From Hyphomicrobiaceae bacterium (GTDB lineage Bacteria > Pseudomonadota > Alphaproteobacteria > Rhizobiales > Methyloligellaceae): a stretch of DNA of 64,000 nucleotides. The stretch spans positions 2,833-66,832 of the forward strand of contig JALCBY010000016.1 of the NCBI GenBank assembly GCA_028066055.1, written 5' to 3'. A program made the translations under genes and the position numbers. Each line of letters starts with the position of its first letter. Positions within the stretch are counted from its first letter, which is position 1. Below are positions 33,467 through 42,361 of this stretch, piece by piece. The notes beneath the pieces are model-generated. The model saw only the letters and a program-made list of their open reading frames with translations, did not search any database and was not told the origin of the DNA.

Positions 33467-34654
33467 ATGTCCGCAATCCACTCAATTTCACGTCGCGGCT
33501 TTGTTGCCGTGCTTTCAGGTTTCGTATCGGCGATTGTGCTGAGCGTCGGTGCATACGCCGCCGATCCGGTGAAGATCGGTCTTGTAGCGGCGCTGTCGGG
33601 TCAGTCGGCCAAGTCGGGGGAAGCGATCACCCGCGGGCTGACCGTGGCCATCGAGGAAATCAACAGCAAAGGCGGTGTGCTTGGCGGTCGCAAGATCGAA
33701 CTTATCCGGCGCGATGACGAATCCAATCCGGCCAAGGGCCAGATCGCGGCGCGCGAGCTGATCTTCAAGGAGAAGGTGGCGGTGTTTTTCGGTGGACTGG
33801 ATTCGCCGGTATCGCTTGCCATCGTTCCTGTCGCCAACAAGGCCAAGGTTCCCTTCATCGGTGTCTGGGCGGCGGCCACGCCGATCACGCGCAACGGCGC
33901 TAATCCCAACTATGTGTTCCGGGTCTCCGCTGTTGACGCGATCGTCGACCGTGCCCTGATGCAGTACGCCAAGAAGACCTACAGCACAAAAAAGGCCGGT
34001 CTCATTCTGATCAACAACCCGTGGGGTGAATCGAACGAGAAGGGGCTCAAAGCGGCGAGCAAGATCGAGAATGTCGAAATCGTCGGCATCGAAAAGTTCG
34101 AAAGCAAGGATGTGGACGTCGTCCCGCAGCTTCTGCGGCTCAAAAAGGCAGGCGCGGATACCCTGTTCCTGGTGGCCAATGCCGCACCCGGCGCCCAGAT
34201 GATGAAATCGCTTGGCCGGATGGGCTGGGATGTGCCGGTGGTGTCGCACTGGGGTATCTCCGGCGGACGGTTTCCGGAACTCGCCGGCAACATGGCCGAG
34301 AAGGTCCACTTCGTTCAGACCTACAGTTTTTTCGGTGAGCAGAACGAGGTCGGCAAAAAGCTGCTGAAGCGCCTGATCGACAAATATGACGACATCAAGG
34401 GGCCGGAGGATGTGATCCCGCCTGTAGGCGTGGCAAATGCGTATGACGCAATGCATCTGGTCGCAATGGCCATCGACAAGGCCGGCAGCACCGATGGTGA
34501 TGCGATCCGCAAGGCGCTGACGGAAATCGGTCCCTACAACGGGTTGATCAAGAATTACGACAAACCGTTTACCGACGACAATCATGACGCGCTGAGCCAC
34601 AACGACTACGTCATGGTGCGCTACTACGGCAATCAGATCAAAGCAGTGAAGTAG
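33467..34654 (+). CDS. ABC transporter substrate-binding protein (Leu/Ile/Val-binding type 1 PBP family)
   Basis: It has a GGGAGGGAAG RBS and the signal sequence RRGFVAVLSGFVSAIVLSVGAYA. The sequence VKIGLVAALSGQSAKSGEAITRGLTVAIEEINSKGGVLG is typical of the family. Confidence 0.9.
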   Translation: MSAIHSISRRGFVAVLSGFVSAIVLSVGAYAADPVKIGLVAALSGQSAKSGEAITRGLTVAIEEINSKGGVLGGRKIELIRRDDESNPAKGQIAARELIFKEKVAVFFGGLDSPVSLAIVPVANKAKVPFIGVWAAATPITRNGANPNYVFRVSAVDAIVDRALMQYAKKTYSTKKAGLILINNPWGESNEKGLKAASKIENVEIVGIEKFESKDVDVVPQLLRLKKAGADTLFLVANAAPGAQMMKSLGRMGWDVPVVSHWGISGGRFPELAGNMAEKVHFVQTYSFFGEQNEVGKKLLKRLIDKYDDIKGPEDVIPPVGVANAYDAMHLVAMAIDKAGSTDGDAIRKALTEIGPYNGLIKNYDKPFTDDNHDALSHNDYVMVRYYGNQIKAVK

Positions 34655-34667
34655 CTGCACCTCTCTT

Positions 34668-34701
34668 CAGCCGGATGGTTTTTTGGATCGCCATCCGGCT
34701 G
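34668..34701 (+). other. intercistronic stem-loop after the binding-protein gene
   Basis: CAGCCGGATGG (34668-34678), a 12-nt loop, then CCATCCGGCTG (34691-34701). This is a perfect 11-bp stem with no clear U-tract downstream. Confidence 0.5.
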
Positions 34702-34794
34702 AATCCTTCGGCGTCATCGCAACAGGCGGCTCGGTGACGCCACACGTCTCACTTTTCCGATTGGCCTCCTGAGCAGCAGGGTTTCGAAGACGCC

Positions 34795-35667
34795 ATGCTC
34801 ATCGTGTCATCCATCATTACCGGGCTCGGCCTTGGCAGCATGTATGGCCTGCTGGCGCTCGGCTTTTACATCACATACTCCGTGTCCCAGACGGTGAATT
34901 TCGCGCAAGGCTCCTCGATGATGCTTGGCGCCGTTATCTGCTACAGCGTCGGGGTCACGCACGGCTGGCCGATGCCGCTGGCGATGGCGGTCGCACTTCT
35001 CGTCTGCGCGGGGTGGGGGTGGATCGTGGAGCGGTTTGTCGTTCGTCCCTTTGCCAGCCGCGGGTCGAACTCCTGGCTGATGGCGACAGTTGCAGCCGGG
35101 ATCGTACTTGAGAATGTCGTGCTCTTCACGTTCGGCAAGGAGCCACGCAGTCTGCCCTCGCCGCTGGCGCAGGAGCCTATTCTGATCGGCGATCTTGGCA
35201 TTTATCCTCTGCAGTTTCTGATCCCCGTCGTGGGGCTGGCCATCGCTTTCGGTCTGCACATTGTCTCCAAACGGACAAAGCTCGGCAAAGCACAGCTTGC
35301 GGTCGTACAGAACCCGGATGCGGCAAGGCTGCTCGGCATCGACGTCAAGCGGGCGATCGTCGGGGCGTTCATGGTGTCGACGGTGTTCGCCGGTGTTGCC
35401 GGTATCCTCATCGCGCCGCTGTTCAATGTCGCATCGGACATGGGGACGCTGTTCGGCATCAAGGCGTTCGCCGTTGCCATTATCGGCGGCATCATGAGCC
35501 CATGGGGCGTGATGATTGCGGGCCTCGCCTACGGCGTCGTCGAAGCTCTTGTTACGGCGACGCTAGGGTCCGTCTACACGCAGATCATGACTTTCGCGCT
35601 GGTGATCGTGGTGCTTGCAGCCATGCCCAACGGCATTTTCGGAAAAGCGGAGGTGAAGAAGGTATGA
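34795..35667 (+). CDS. branched-chain-amino-acid-type ABC permease (LivH family)
   Basis: The N-terminus IITGLGLGSMYGLLALGFYITYSVSQTVNFAQGS is LivH-like. Confidence 0.85.
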   Translation: MLIVSSIITGLGLGSMYGLLALGFYITYSVSQTVNFAQGSSMMLGAVICYSVGVTHGWPMPLAMAVALLVCAGWGWIVERFVVRPFASRGSNSWLMATVAAGIVLENVVLFTFGKEPRSLPSPLAQEPILIGDLGIYPLQFLIPVVGLAIAFGLHIVSKRTKLGKAQLAVVQNPDAARLLGIDVKRAIVGAFMVSTVFAGVAGILIAPLFNVASDMGTLFGIKAFAVAIIGGIMSPWGVMIAGLAYGVVEALVTATLGSVYTQIMTFALVIVVLAAMPNGIFGKAEVKKV

Positions 35668-38162
35668 CCCCGCTCAAACTCGCGCTTTCCCTTCTCCCGG
35701 CTGTCGCCGCGATCGGCTATGCAAGTGTCGCCAACAGCTATGAGCTGTACATTCTCGCTACCGTCGGCTTCTACACGATGGTGGGAGTCGGTTTGAACAT
35801 TCTGCTGGGTTTGACCGGACAGGTATCGCTCGGCCATGTGGGCTTCTATGCAATCGGCGCGTATGCGGTGGCAATCCTGACGACCGATGTGGGGCTCGGC
35901 TTCTGGCCGTCGCTGATTTTTGCGATCGCGTTGACCGGTGTTGTCGGGATTTTGCTGTCCATTCCGGCGCTGCGCGTTAGCGGGCCTTATCTGGCGATGA
36001 TCACCATCGCTTTTGCCTTTATCATCGAGCATGGCGCGGTCGAGTGGCGTGAGCTGACGGGCGGTGCTAACGGCATGATGAACATTCCCCCGGTCAGCTT
36101 GTTCGGATTCGAGTTCAGCGAACTGGCGACAATCTATCTGGTCATTGTGATGACCGCGCTGACACTGTTCCTCTATTGGCGGTTTGCCGACGGGACATGG
36201 GGGCTCGCCATGCGTGCGGTTCGTGATTCCGAAGTCGCGGGGCAATCGCTCGGGCTTAACCCGGTAATGATCCGTGCGGCGGCCTTCGGGCTCTCGGCCA
36301 TGGCGGCGGGTCTCGCGGGCGGACTGTTTTCGCCGATCATAGCTTTCGTCAGCCCCAGCTCCTTCTCCTTCTTCCAGTCGATCCTGTTCCTGCTGGTCGT
36401 CATCATCGGCGGTAGCGGGACCGTTTTCGGGCCATTGGTTGGGGCCCTGATTGTCGGGCTTCTTCCCGAATTCTTGTCCGACTTTGCCGAATACCGTCTG
36501 CTGTTCTTCGGCGGGTTATTGCTGGTGGTGATGTGGCTCGCACCCGCGGGGATCGTCGGCGCCCTGACGAGTTGGCTCGGACGTGGCGACACCCGCATTC
36601 CGGATCGGGACCGTGAGAATGACGTCGATGTTGATGCCTTCTTGAGCCGCGAGGCGCGGGCCGACCAGTTGAACGTTGCTGACCTGGCTATTTCGTTCGG
36701 CGGCGTGCGCGCTGTCGAGAGCCTCGACTTCACGGCGAAAGCGGGGAAGATCACCAGCATCATCGGACCCAACGGCGCCGGAAAAACAACCGTGCTGAAT
36801 GTGATCGGCGGCTTCTACAAGCCGGATCGCGGCACGGTGCGCATGGGCGACGTTGATCTCGCCGGAAAACCATCGCACGTTGTTTCGCGCGCGGGTGTCT
36901 CTCGCACTTACCAGACGACGGAGCTTTTCGGCGATCTGACCGTTCTTGAGAATCTTCTCGTGGCCTTGGGGCAAGGCCGGCTCGGCGGCTTCAAGTCGGC
37001 GCTGACCCACATGCAAAGCGACGCGCAGGCCTGCAGCCAGTGCGAGGCCTTGCTGGATTTTGTCGGTTTCAAAGGCGATCCCGGCGTGCTCGCCAAGCAT
37101 CTCGCTCATGTCGACAAGAGGTTGGTTGAAATCGCGCGGGCGCTGGCCACCCGGCCAGACATGCTGTTGCTCGATGAACCGGCTGCCGGATTGAGCGCCC
37201 AGGACACCGAATTGCTCATTCCGTTGCTGCGGAAAATTGCCGCTGCCGGGGTGATCGTCATTCTGGTCGAGCATGACATGGGCCTCGTCATGGAGGTGTC
37301 CGACCACATCATCGTGCTCGATGCCGGAGCACCTATAGCTGCGGGCCGGCCCGCCGCCATTCGCAAGAACAAGAAGGTCCGCGAAGCCTATCTCGGCACC
37401 GGAGAGGTCATCGACAGGGCGCGACAGACTGCGATTCCGGAAGCGGATCGCCCGGTGCTGGATATCTCGCAACTGGTCGCCGGGTATGGTGCGGCGCCGG
37501 TTCTTCAGGACATCGATCTCAAGGTCGGCGAGGGTGAATTCGTGACCGTTCTCGGTGCAAATGGAGCGGGCAAGTCCACGCTCATGCGGGCGTTGAGCGG
37601 CCTGCACCGTCCGGTAGAGGGACGAATTCTCTTTATCGGTGACGACATCACCTCTTGGAACGCGTACCGCGTGGCACGTCGTGGCCTCGTGCTCGTCCCC
37701 GAGGGCCGTCAGGTGTTCCCCGAACTGGGTGTCGACGACAATATCCGTCTGGGCGCTTATGCCCGCGACGACTTCGACGATGCAGCCGAGCTGGAGGAGA
37801 TGCTCGATCGATTCCCGGCCCTGCGGCAGCGCCGTACGAGCCGGGCGGGACTTTTGTCGGGCGGCGAACAGCAGATGCTGGCCATCGCCCGTGGGCTCGT
37901 GGCGCGGCCCGATGTCATCATGCTCGATGAACCCTCCCTCGGCCTGGCGCCCGCCCTGATCGAGGATTTGTTCTCGGTCCTTGCGGAACTGCGGGACGAG
38001 GAGCGGACCATCCTGCTTGTCGATCAGATGGCGGCGCTTGCGCTGTCCGTGGCGGATCGCGGCTATGTGCTCGAGTCCGGCCGCGTTGTCCATCAAGGCT
38101 CGGCTAAGGATCTGAAGAAGGACAAGTCCGTGGAACAGGCCTATCTCGGTGGTGGCCGTTGA
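35664..38162 (+). CDS. triple-fusion ABC component: LivM-like permease + LivG-like ATPase + LivF-like ATPase
   Basis: ATG 35664 overlaps the LivH stop (ATGA); the track ORF starts too early at 35502. The permease part carries GQVSLGHVGFYAIGAYAV. The first NBD (from about 36668) has GPNGAGKTT...LSAQDTELL. The second NBD (from about 37456) has GANGAGKST...LSGGEQQMLAIARGL. Confidence 0.85.
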   Translation: MTPLKLALSLLPAVAAIGYASVANSYELYILATVGFYTMVGVGLNILLGLTGQVSLGHVGFYAIGAYAVAILTTDVGLGFWPSLIFAIALTGVVGILLSIPALRVSGPYLAMITIAFAFIIEHGAVEWRELTGGANGMMNIPPVSLFGFEFSELATIYLVIVMTALTLFLYWRFADGTWGLAMRAVRDSEVAGQSLGLNPVMIRAAAFGLSAMAAGLAGGLFSPIIAFVSPSSFSFFQSILFLLVVIIGGSGTVFGPLVGALIVGLLPEFLSDFAEYRLLFFGGLLLVVMWLAPAGIVGALTSWLGRGDTRIPDRDRENDVDVDAFLSREARADQLNVADLAISFGGVRAVESLDFTAKAGKITSIIGPNGAGKTTVLNVIGGFYKPDRGTVRMGDVDLAGKPSHVVSRAGVSRTYQTTELFGDLTVLENLLVALGQGRLGGFKSALTHMQSDAQACSQCEALLDFVGFKGDPGVLAKHLAHVDKRLVEIARALATRPDMLLLDEPAAGLSAQDTELLIPLLRKIAAAGVIVILVEHDMGLVMEVSDHIIVLDAGAPIAAGRPAAIRKNKKVREAYLGTGEVIDRARQTAIPEADRPVLDISQLVAGYGAAPVLQDIDLKVGEGEFVTVLGANGAGKSTLMRALSGLHRPVEGRILFIGDDITSWNAYRVARRGLVLVPEGRQVFPELGVDDNIRLGAYARDDFDDAAELEEMLDRFPALRQRRTSRAGLLSGGEQQMLAIARGLVARPDVIMLDEPSLGLAPALIEDLFSVLAELRDEERTILLVDQMAALALSVADRGYVLESGRVVHQGSAKDLKKDKSVEQAYLGGGR

Positions 38163-39388
38163 TGGACCTGATACTCAAGAACGCAACAGTGCTCGGCAGA
38201 GAGGATGAGCGTCAGGCGGATATCGGAATCTCCGGCGGAAAGATCGCAGCAATCGAGCCGGAACTCTCAAGCGATGCGGAAACCATCGACGTCGAGGGAC
38301 GGCTGGTGGCTCCCGGGTTCGTGGAATCGCATATTCATCTCGACAAGGCGTGTATCCTCGACCGCTGTGCCAACGACGAGGGCACGCTTGATGAAGCCAT
38401 TCGCGAGGTTTCGGCGGCGAAGAAGGATTTTACCGTCGAAGATATACGCGAGCGGGCGGTCAAGGTACTGGAGAAATGCATCCTGCAGGGCACGACACGG
38501 ATGCGTACCCATCTGGAGGTCGATCCGGTTATCGGCATGAAGGGCATCGACGCGGTCATGCCGCTCGTTGATGAATATGCCTGGGCTATCGATCTGGAAA
38601 TCTGCGTCTTTCCGCAGGAAGGTTTGCTGAACAATCCAGGCACGGACGAGTTGTTGGTCGAGGCGCTGGAGCGCGGCGCCGGTGTCGTCGGCGGTTGTCC
38701 CTACACCGATTCTGATCCACGCGGGCAAATCGGGCGCGTGTTTGAACTCGCGCGCGAGTATGACGTCGATATCGATTTTCACCTCGACTTTGACACCAAC
38801 CCTGACGGCATGACGGTTCACGACGTTTGCGAGCTCACCGAGCGCTATGACTACGGTGGCCGTGTGGCGGTAGGCCATGTCAGCAAGCTCTCCGCTCTGC
38901 CAAAGGACAGATTCGAGGAGGTTTCAAAACGCCTCGCCGACACCGGTGTTGCCGTCACCGTTCTGCCGTCGACCGACCTGCACCTCATGGGTGCGGACCG
39001 GGACCACAACATCGTACGCGGGGTCGCACCCGTACACCGTCTCGTCGAGCACGGTGTAAATTGCGCGCTTGCCACCAACAATGTGCTCAATCCCTTCACG
39101 CCGTTTGGCGACTGCTCGATGGTCCGAATGGCCAATCTCTATGCCAACATTGCCCAGATCGGGACGGGCGCGGGCTTCCGCGAATGCATGGATTTGATTA
39201 CGCACCGGCCCGCGAAGCTGATGCGGCTCGACGGCTATGGCATCGAGGTCGGGAATCCGGCCGATTTCGTCGTGCTGGATTGTCCGTCCGGCCCGGCAGC
39301 CGTTCAGGAAATTGCGCCGCCGCTCTGCGGTTACAAGAACGGGCGGCGGACATTCACGCGCGACGCCGCGATGCTACACCGGCCGTGA
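38162..39388 (+). CDS. amidohydrolase superfamily protein (cytosine deaminase / AtzC-like)
   Basis: The N-terminus has the metal-binding motif GFVESHIHLDKA after DIGISGGKIAAI..IDVEGRLVAPG. ATG 38162 overlaps the upstream stop (TGATG). Confidence 0.8.
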   Translation: MDLILKNATVLGREDERQADIGISGGKIAAIEPELSSDAETIDVEGRLVAPGFVESHIHLDKACILDRCANDEGTLDEAIREVSAAKKDFTVEDIRERAVKVLEKCILQGTTRMRTHLEVDPVIGMKGIDAVMPLVDEYAWAIDLEICVFPQEGLLNNPGTDELLVEALERGAGVVGGCPYTDSDPRGQIGRVFELAREYDVDIDFHLDFDTNPDGMTVHDVCELTERYDYGGRVAVGHVSKLSALPKDRFEEVSKRLADTGVAVTVLPSTDLHLMGADRDHNIVRGVAPVHRLVEHGVNCALATNNVLNPFTPFGDCSMVRMANLYANIAQIGTGAGFRECMDLITHRPAKLMRLDGYGIEVGNPADFVVLDCPSGPAAVQEIAPPLCGYKNGRRTFTRDAAMLHRP

Positions 39389-39404
39389 GGAAAAGGATCG
39401 TGAC

Positions 39405-39584
39405 ATGAGCGAAACGAAAATCAAATCCCTGCTCGAGAAACCGGTGAAGGTCGTGAATGTCGGTCTTGAGGGGTTTTCGAGGGAGTTGGAACAACAGGGC
39501 GTCCGGGTCGTCCAGGTGGATTGGGTGCCACCGGCGGGTGGCGATCCGAAACTGGCTGACCTGTTGTCCAAGCTCGGCACGTAA
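39405..39584 (+). CDS. small hypothetical protein (59 aa) preceding the DUF1116 gene
   Basis: The sequence is MSETKIKSLLEKPVKVVNVGLEGFSRELEQQGVRVVQVDWVPPAGGDPKLADLLSKLGT. ATG 39405 lies after AAAGGA, and the spacing within the operon is tight. The track ORF (39237-) overextends. Confidence 0.55.
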   Translation: MSETKIKSLLEKPVKVVNVGLEGFSRELEQQGVRVVQVDWVPPAGGDPKLADLLSKLGT

Positions 39585-39602
39585 ACGGACTGACAGAGTA
39601 TT

Positions 39603-40856
39603 GTGATGAAACAGATTGACGAGGCCAACCAGGAAGCGCTGCGCCGGATGTTGTCCGGCGACCCCGTCCTTGTGGACGTTGTCCCGGCGGCGCAAGCGAT
39701 TCCCGCCCTCAAGGACCGGATGATCCTGCATGCCGGGCCTCCCGTGACCTGGGAGCGCATGTGCGGCCCGATGCGCGGCGCGGTGATGGGCATTGCCGTC
39801 TTCGAAGGCTGGGCGAACGATCTAGAGGCGGCAGCGGCATTGGCGTCGGACGGCGCGTTTGAGTTGCACCCCAATCACCATTTCGACGCGGTTGGCCCTA
39901 TGACCGGTATGACCACGCTCAGCCAGTCCGTCATGGTGGTGGAGAACCGGACCTTCGGGAACCGTGCCTACTGCACCATCAACGAGGGCCTGGGCAAGGT
40001 TATGCGGTTTGGCGGCAATGATGAGGAGGTGCTTGAGAGGCTGGCATGGCTTCGCGACGTACTCGGTCCGGCCATGGGCGAGGCGCTGCGGGCGGGCGAC
40101 GGCCTGCCGCTGAAAAACCTCATCGCGCGTGGCCTGTCCATGGGCGATGAAATGCATCAGCGAAACGTCGCCTGTTCCGGCCTGACGTTGCGTGAGCTCT
40201 CACCCGCCTTGGCGGCGACGTCGAGCAGCACCGAGGATCTCTCGAAGGCGCTCGCCTTTATCGGCGGCAATGACCAGTTCTTTCTCAATATCGCCATGGC
40301 CATGGGCAAGGCGGTCATGGACCCGGTGCGCGATATCGATGGTTCGAGCCTCGTCACCGCCATGTCCCGCAACGGTACGGACTTCGGCATCCGGGTCAGC
40401 GGCACGGGTGATCAGTGGTTCACTGCTCCTGTGGAAATGCCGGAGGGACTGTATTTCCCCGGCTTCACGGAAGACGACGCGAATCCCGATATGGGCGATT
40501 CGACCATTGTCGAGACGGTCGGCCTCGGTGGCTTTGCGATGGGTGCGGCGCCCGCAGTCGCTGGTTTCGTTGGCGCGGGCGCGGCATCGGATGCCGCCAA
40601 CTACACCCGCACCATGGGCGAGATCACAATCGGTGAAAACCCGGAATGGACGATCCCCGCGCTCGATTATCTCGGCGTACCTTCGGGGATCGATATCCGG
40701 CTAGTCGTTGAAACCGGCTTGGCGCCGACCATCAATACCGGCATCGCCCACAAGGAACCGGGTGTCGGGCAGGTGGGCGCAGGCGTTGTCCGCGCGCCGA
40801 TGGCCTGCTTCACCCAGGCGCTCGAAGCGTTCGCGGAAAGCGTGGGTGTGTCATGA
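39603..40856 (+). CDS. DUF1116 protein (YlbE/AllG-like)
   Basis: 417 aa. Its position between the small ORF and fdrA, and an ATGA overlap with fdrA, support the call. The assignment rests on the conserved fdrA-ylbE-ylbF-carbamate kinase gene neighbourhood plus a general sequence impression. The start is GTG 39603 or ATG 39606. Confidence 0.7.
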   Translation: MMKQIDEANQEALRRMLSGDPVLVDVVPAAQAIPALKDRMILHAGPPVTWERMCGPMRGAVMGIAVFEGWANDLEAAAALASDGAFELHPNHHFDAVGPMTGMTTLSQSVMVVENRTFGNRAYCTINEGLGKVMRFGGNDEEVLERLAWLRDVLGPAMGEALRAGDGLPLKNLIARGLSMGDEMHQRNVACSGLTLRELSPALAATSSSTEDLSKALAFIGGNDQFFLNIAMAMGKAVMDPVRDIDGSSLVTAMSRNGTDFGIRVSGTGDQWFTAPVEMPEGLYFPGFTEDDANPDMGDSTIVETVGLGGFAMGAAPAVAGFVGAGAASDAANYTRTMGEITIGENPEWTIPALDYLGVPSGIDIRLVVETGLAPTINTGIAHKEPGVGQVGAGVVRAPMACFTQALEAFAESVGVS

Positions 40857-42352
40857 GCACCGTAATCGTCAACGACGTGCGCCGGGGCTTCTATCTCGAT
40901 TCCGTAGCGCTCATGCGCTTCTCGCGCACCATTTCAGGCCTCGACGGTGTCGAGGAAGCGGCGCTGATGATGGGTACGCCTGCAAACCGGGAGATCATGA
41001 GTGATGCGGGGTTGCTCGACGATGCCGGTCGCGCTGCCGAAGGCGGCGACCTGATCATTGGTATCCGCGCTGAAAACAAGTCGAGCGCGGAACGCGCTCT
41101 GGCGGAGTCGAAAGCCCTGCTGGATCAGCCGACTGCACGAGACGCCGAAGGGGTGGCTTGGCACCCGCGGACTTTGCGGGCGGCACTCAAGCAGGAGCCG
41201 GACGCCAGTCTGGCGCTCATTTCGGTGCCGGGGGACTTTGCCATTGCCGAGGCGCGCAAGGCGATCCGCCGTGGTCTGCACGCGATGATTTTCAGCGACA
41301 ATGTGGATGTCCAGGAAGAAGCATCACTGAAGCAGGAAGCTCGAGATCTCGGGCTGCTCGTGATGGGGCCGGATTGCGGGACAGCGATCGTTAATGGAAC
41401 GCCGCTCGCCTTCGCCAACCGCGTCAGTCGGGGCGGGGTCGGCATCGTCGGCGCGTCGGGAACGGGCACGCAGGAAGTCTCCTGCCTCATCAGTCAGTAT
41501 GGCGGCGGCATTTCGCATGCCATCGGCGTCGGCGGCCGTGATCTGGCTCCTGAAGTCGGGGCAATCTCGACCTTGATGGCGATTGACGCGCTCGATGACG
41601 ATCCGGCGACGGAGCATATCGTGCTGGTGTCGAAGCCGCCGGAATCCGATGTCGCGATGAGCGTTCTGAGCCGGATCGGAAAGAGCACGAAGCCGGTGAC
41701 CATCTGTTTCATCGGTGCTGGCGAAATGCAGATGCCGGCGAATGCAGCGCAGGTCTTCACGCTGAAGGACGCGGCACGGTCCGCGCTTGCGCTTGGCACC
41801 GACGCTGTTGAAAACGCGGGTGCCGCAACCATCGAGGTTCCAAAAGGCCGTGGCCGCGTGAGCGGGCTTTTCTCCGGCGGGACGCTGTGCGCCGAAGCGC
41901 AGGTGATCTTCGCTGCCGCTGGTGAGGACGTAACCTCCAATGCGCCGGTGCCGGGTGTGCCGAAGACCGATAAAGGGTCGGAGGGGCATATCCTGCTCGA
42001 TCTGGGCGCGGATGAATATACCCGTGGAAAGCCGCACCCCATGATCGATCCGAGCGTACGCGACGAGGCCATGATCGAAGCGTTGAAGGAGAAAAGTGTG
42101 GGGGTGATCCTGGCTGATATCGTCATTGGATTCGGTGCCCATGACGACCCGGCCGGTCATTTCGCCAAGCTGTTGCAGGAGAATGCTACGGACATCTGCC
42201 CGGCAATTGTCGCGTCCGTGACAGGAACGGAAGAGGATCCTCAGGTGCGCTCGTCGCAGATCGCGAAGCTTGAGGCCGTTGGTGTCCATGTTGCGCCGAC
42301 GAACGCGGATGCCGCGCGGTGGGCTCTTTCTACGATGCGGGCGAGAGGCTGA
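40853..42352 (+). CDS. fdrA: FdrA-like acyl-CoA synthetase/succinyl-CoA-synthetase-alpha-like protein (AllF-like)
   Basis: The N-terminus, RRGFYLDSVALMRFSRTISGLDGVEEAALMMGTPANREIM, closely parallels E. coli FdrA as I recall it (..FQDSVSLMIISRKL....VSVMMGTPANK). Confidence 0.85.
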   Translation: MSTVIVNDVRRGFYLDSVALMRFSRTISGLDGVEEAALMMGTPANREIMSDAGLLDDAGRAAEGGDLIIGIRAENKSSAERALAESKALLDQPTARDAEGVAWHPRTLRAALKQEPDASLALISVPGDFAIAEARKAIRRGLHAMIFSDNVDVQEEASLKQEARDLGLLVMGPDCGTAIVNGTPLAFANRVSRGGVGIVGASGTGTQEVSCLISQYGGGISHAIGVGGRDLAPEVGAISTLMAIDALDDDPATEHIVLVSKPPESDVAMSVLSRIGKSTKPVTICFIGAGEMQMPANAAQVFTLKDAARSALALGTDAVENAGAATIEVPKGRGRVSGLFSGGTLCAEAQVIFAAAGEDVTSNAPVPGVPKTDKGSEGHILLDLGADEYTRGKPHPMIDPSVRDEAMIEALKEKSVGVILADIVIGFGAHDDPAGHFAKLLQENATDICPAIVASVTGTEEDPQVRSSQIAKLEAVGVHVAPTNADAARWALSTMRARG

Positions 42353-42361
42353 AGGTGCGGC

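Noticed and set aside
36516-38096. 526-aa antisense ORF opposite the LivG/LivF-like domains. The same pattern occurs at 28618-30034, 30887-31705, 33515-34660, 41324-42424, 46303-47562, 48114-48986, 51409-52866, 53067-53948, 56387-57403, 57536-58195, 59799-61366, 61330-62907 and 63240-63842.
   Set aside because: All lie opposite genes with unambiguous family motifs. They are Arg/His/Asp-rich and lack RBS and domains. They are classic high-G+C shadow ORFs.
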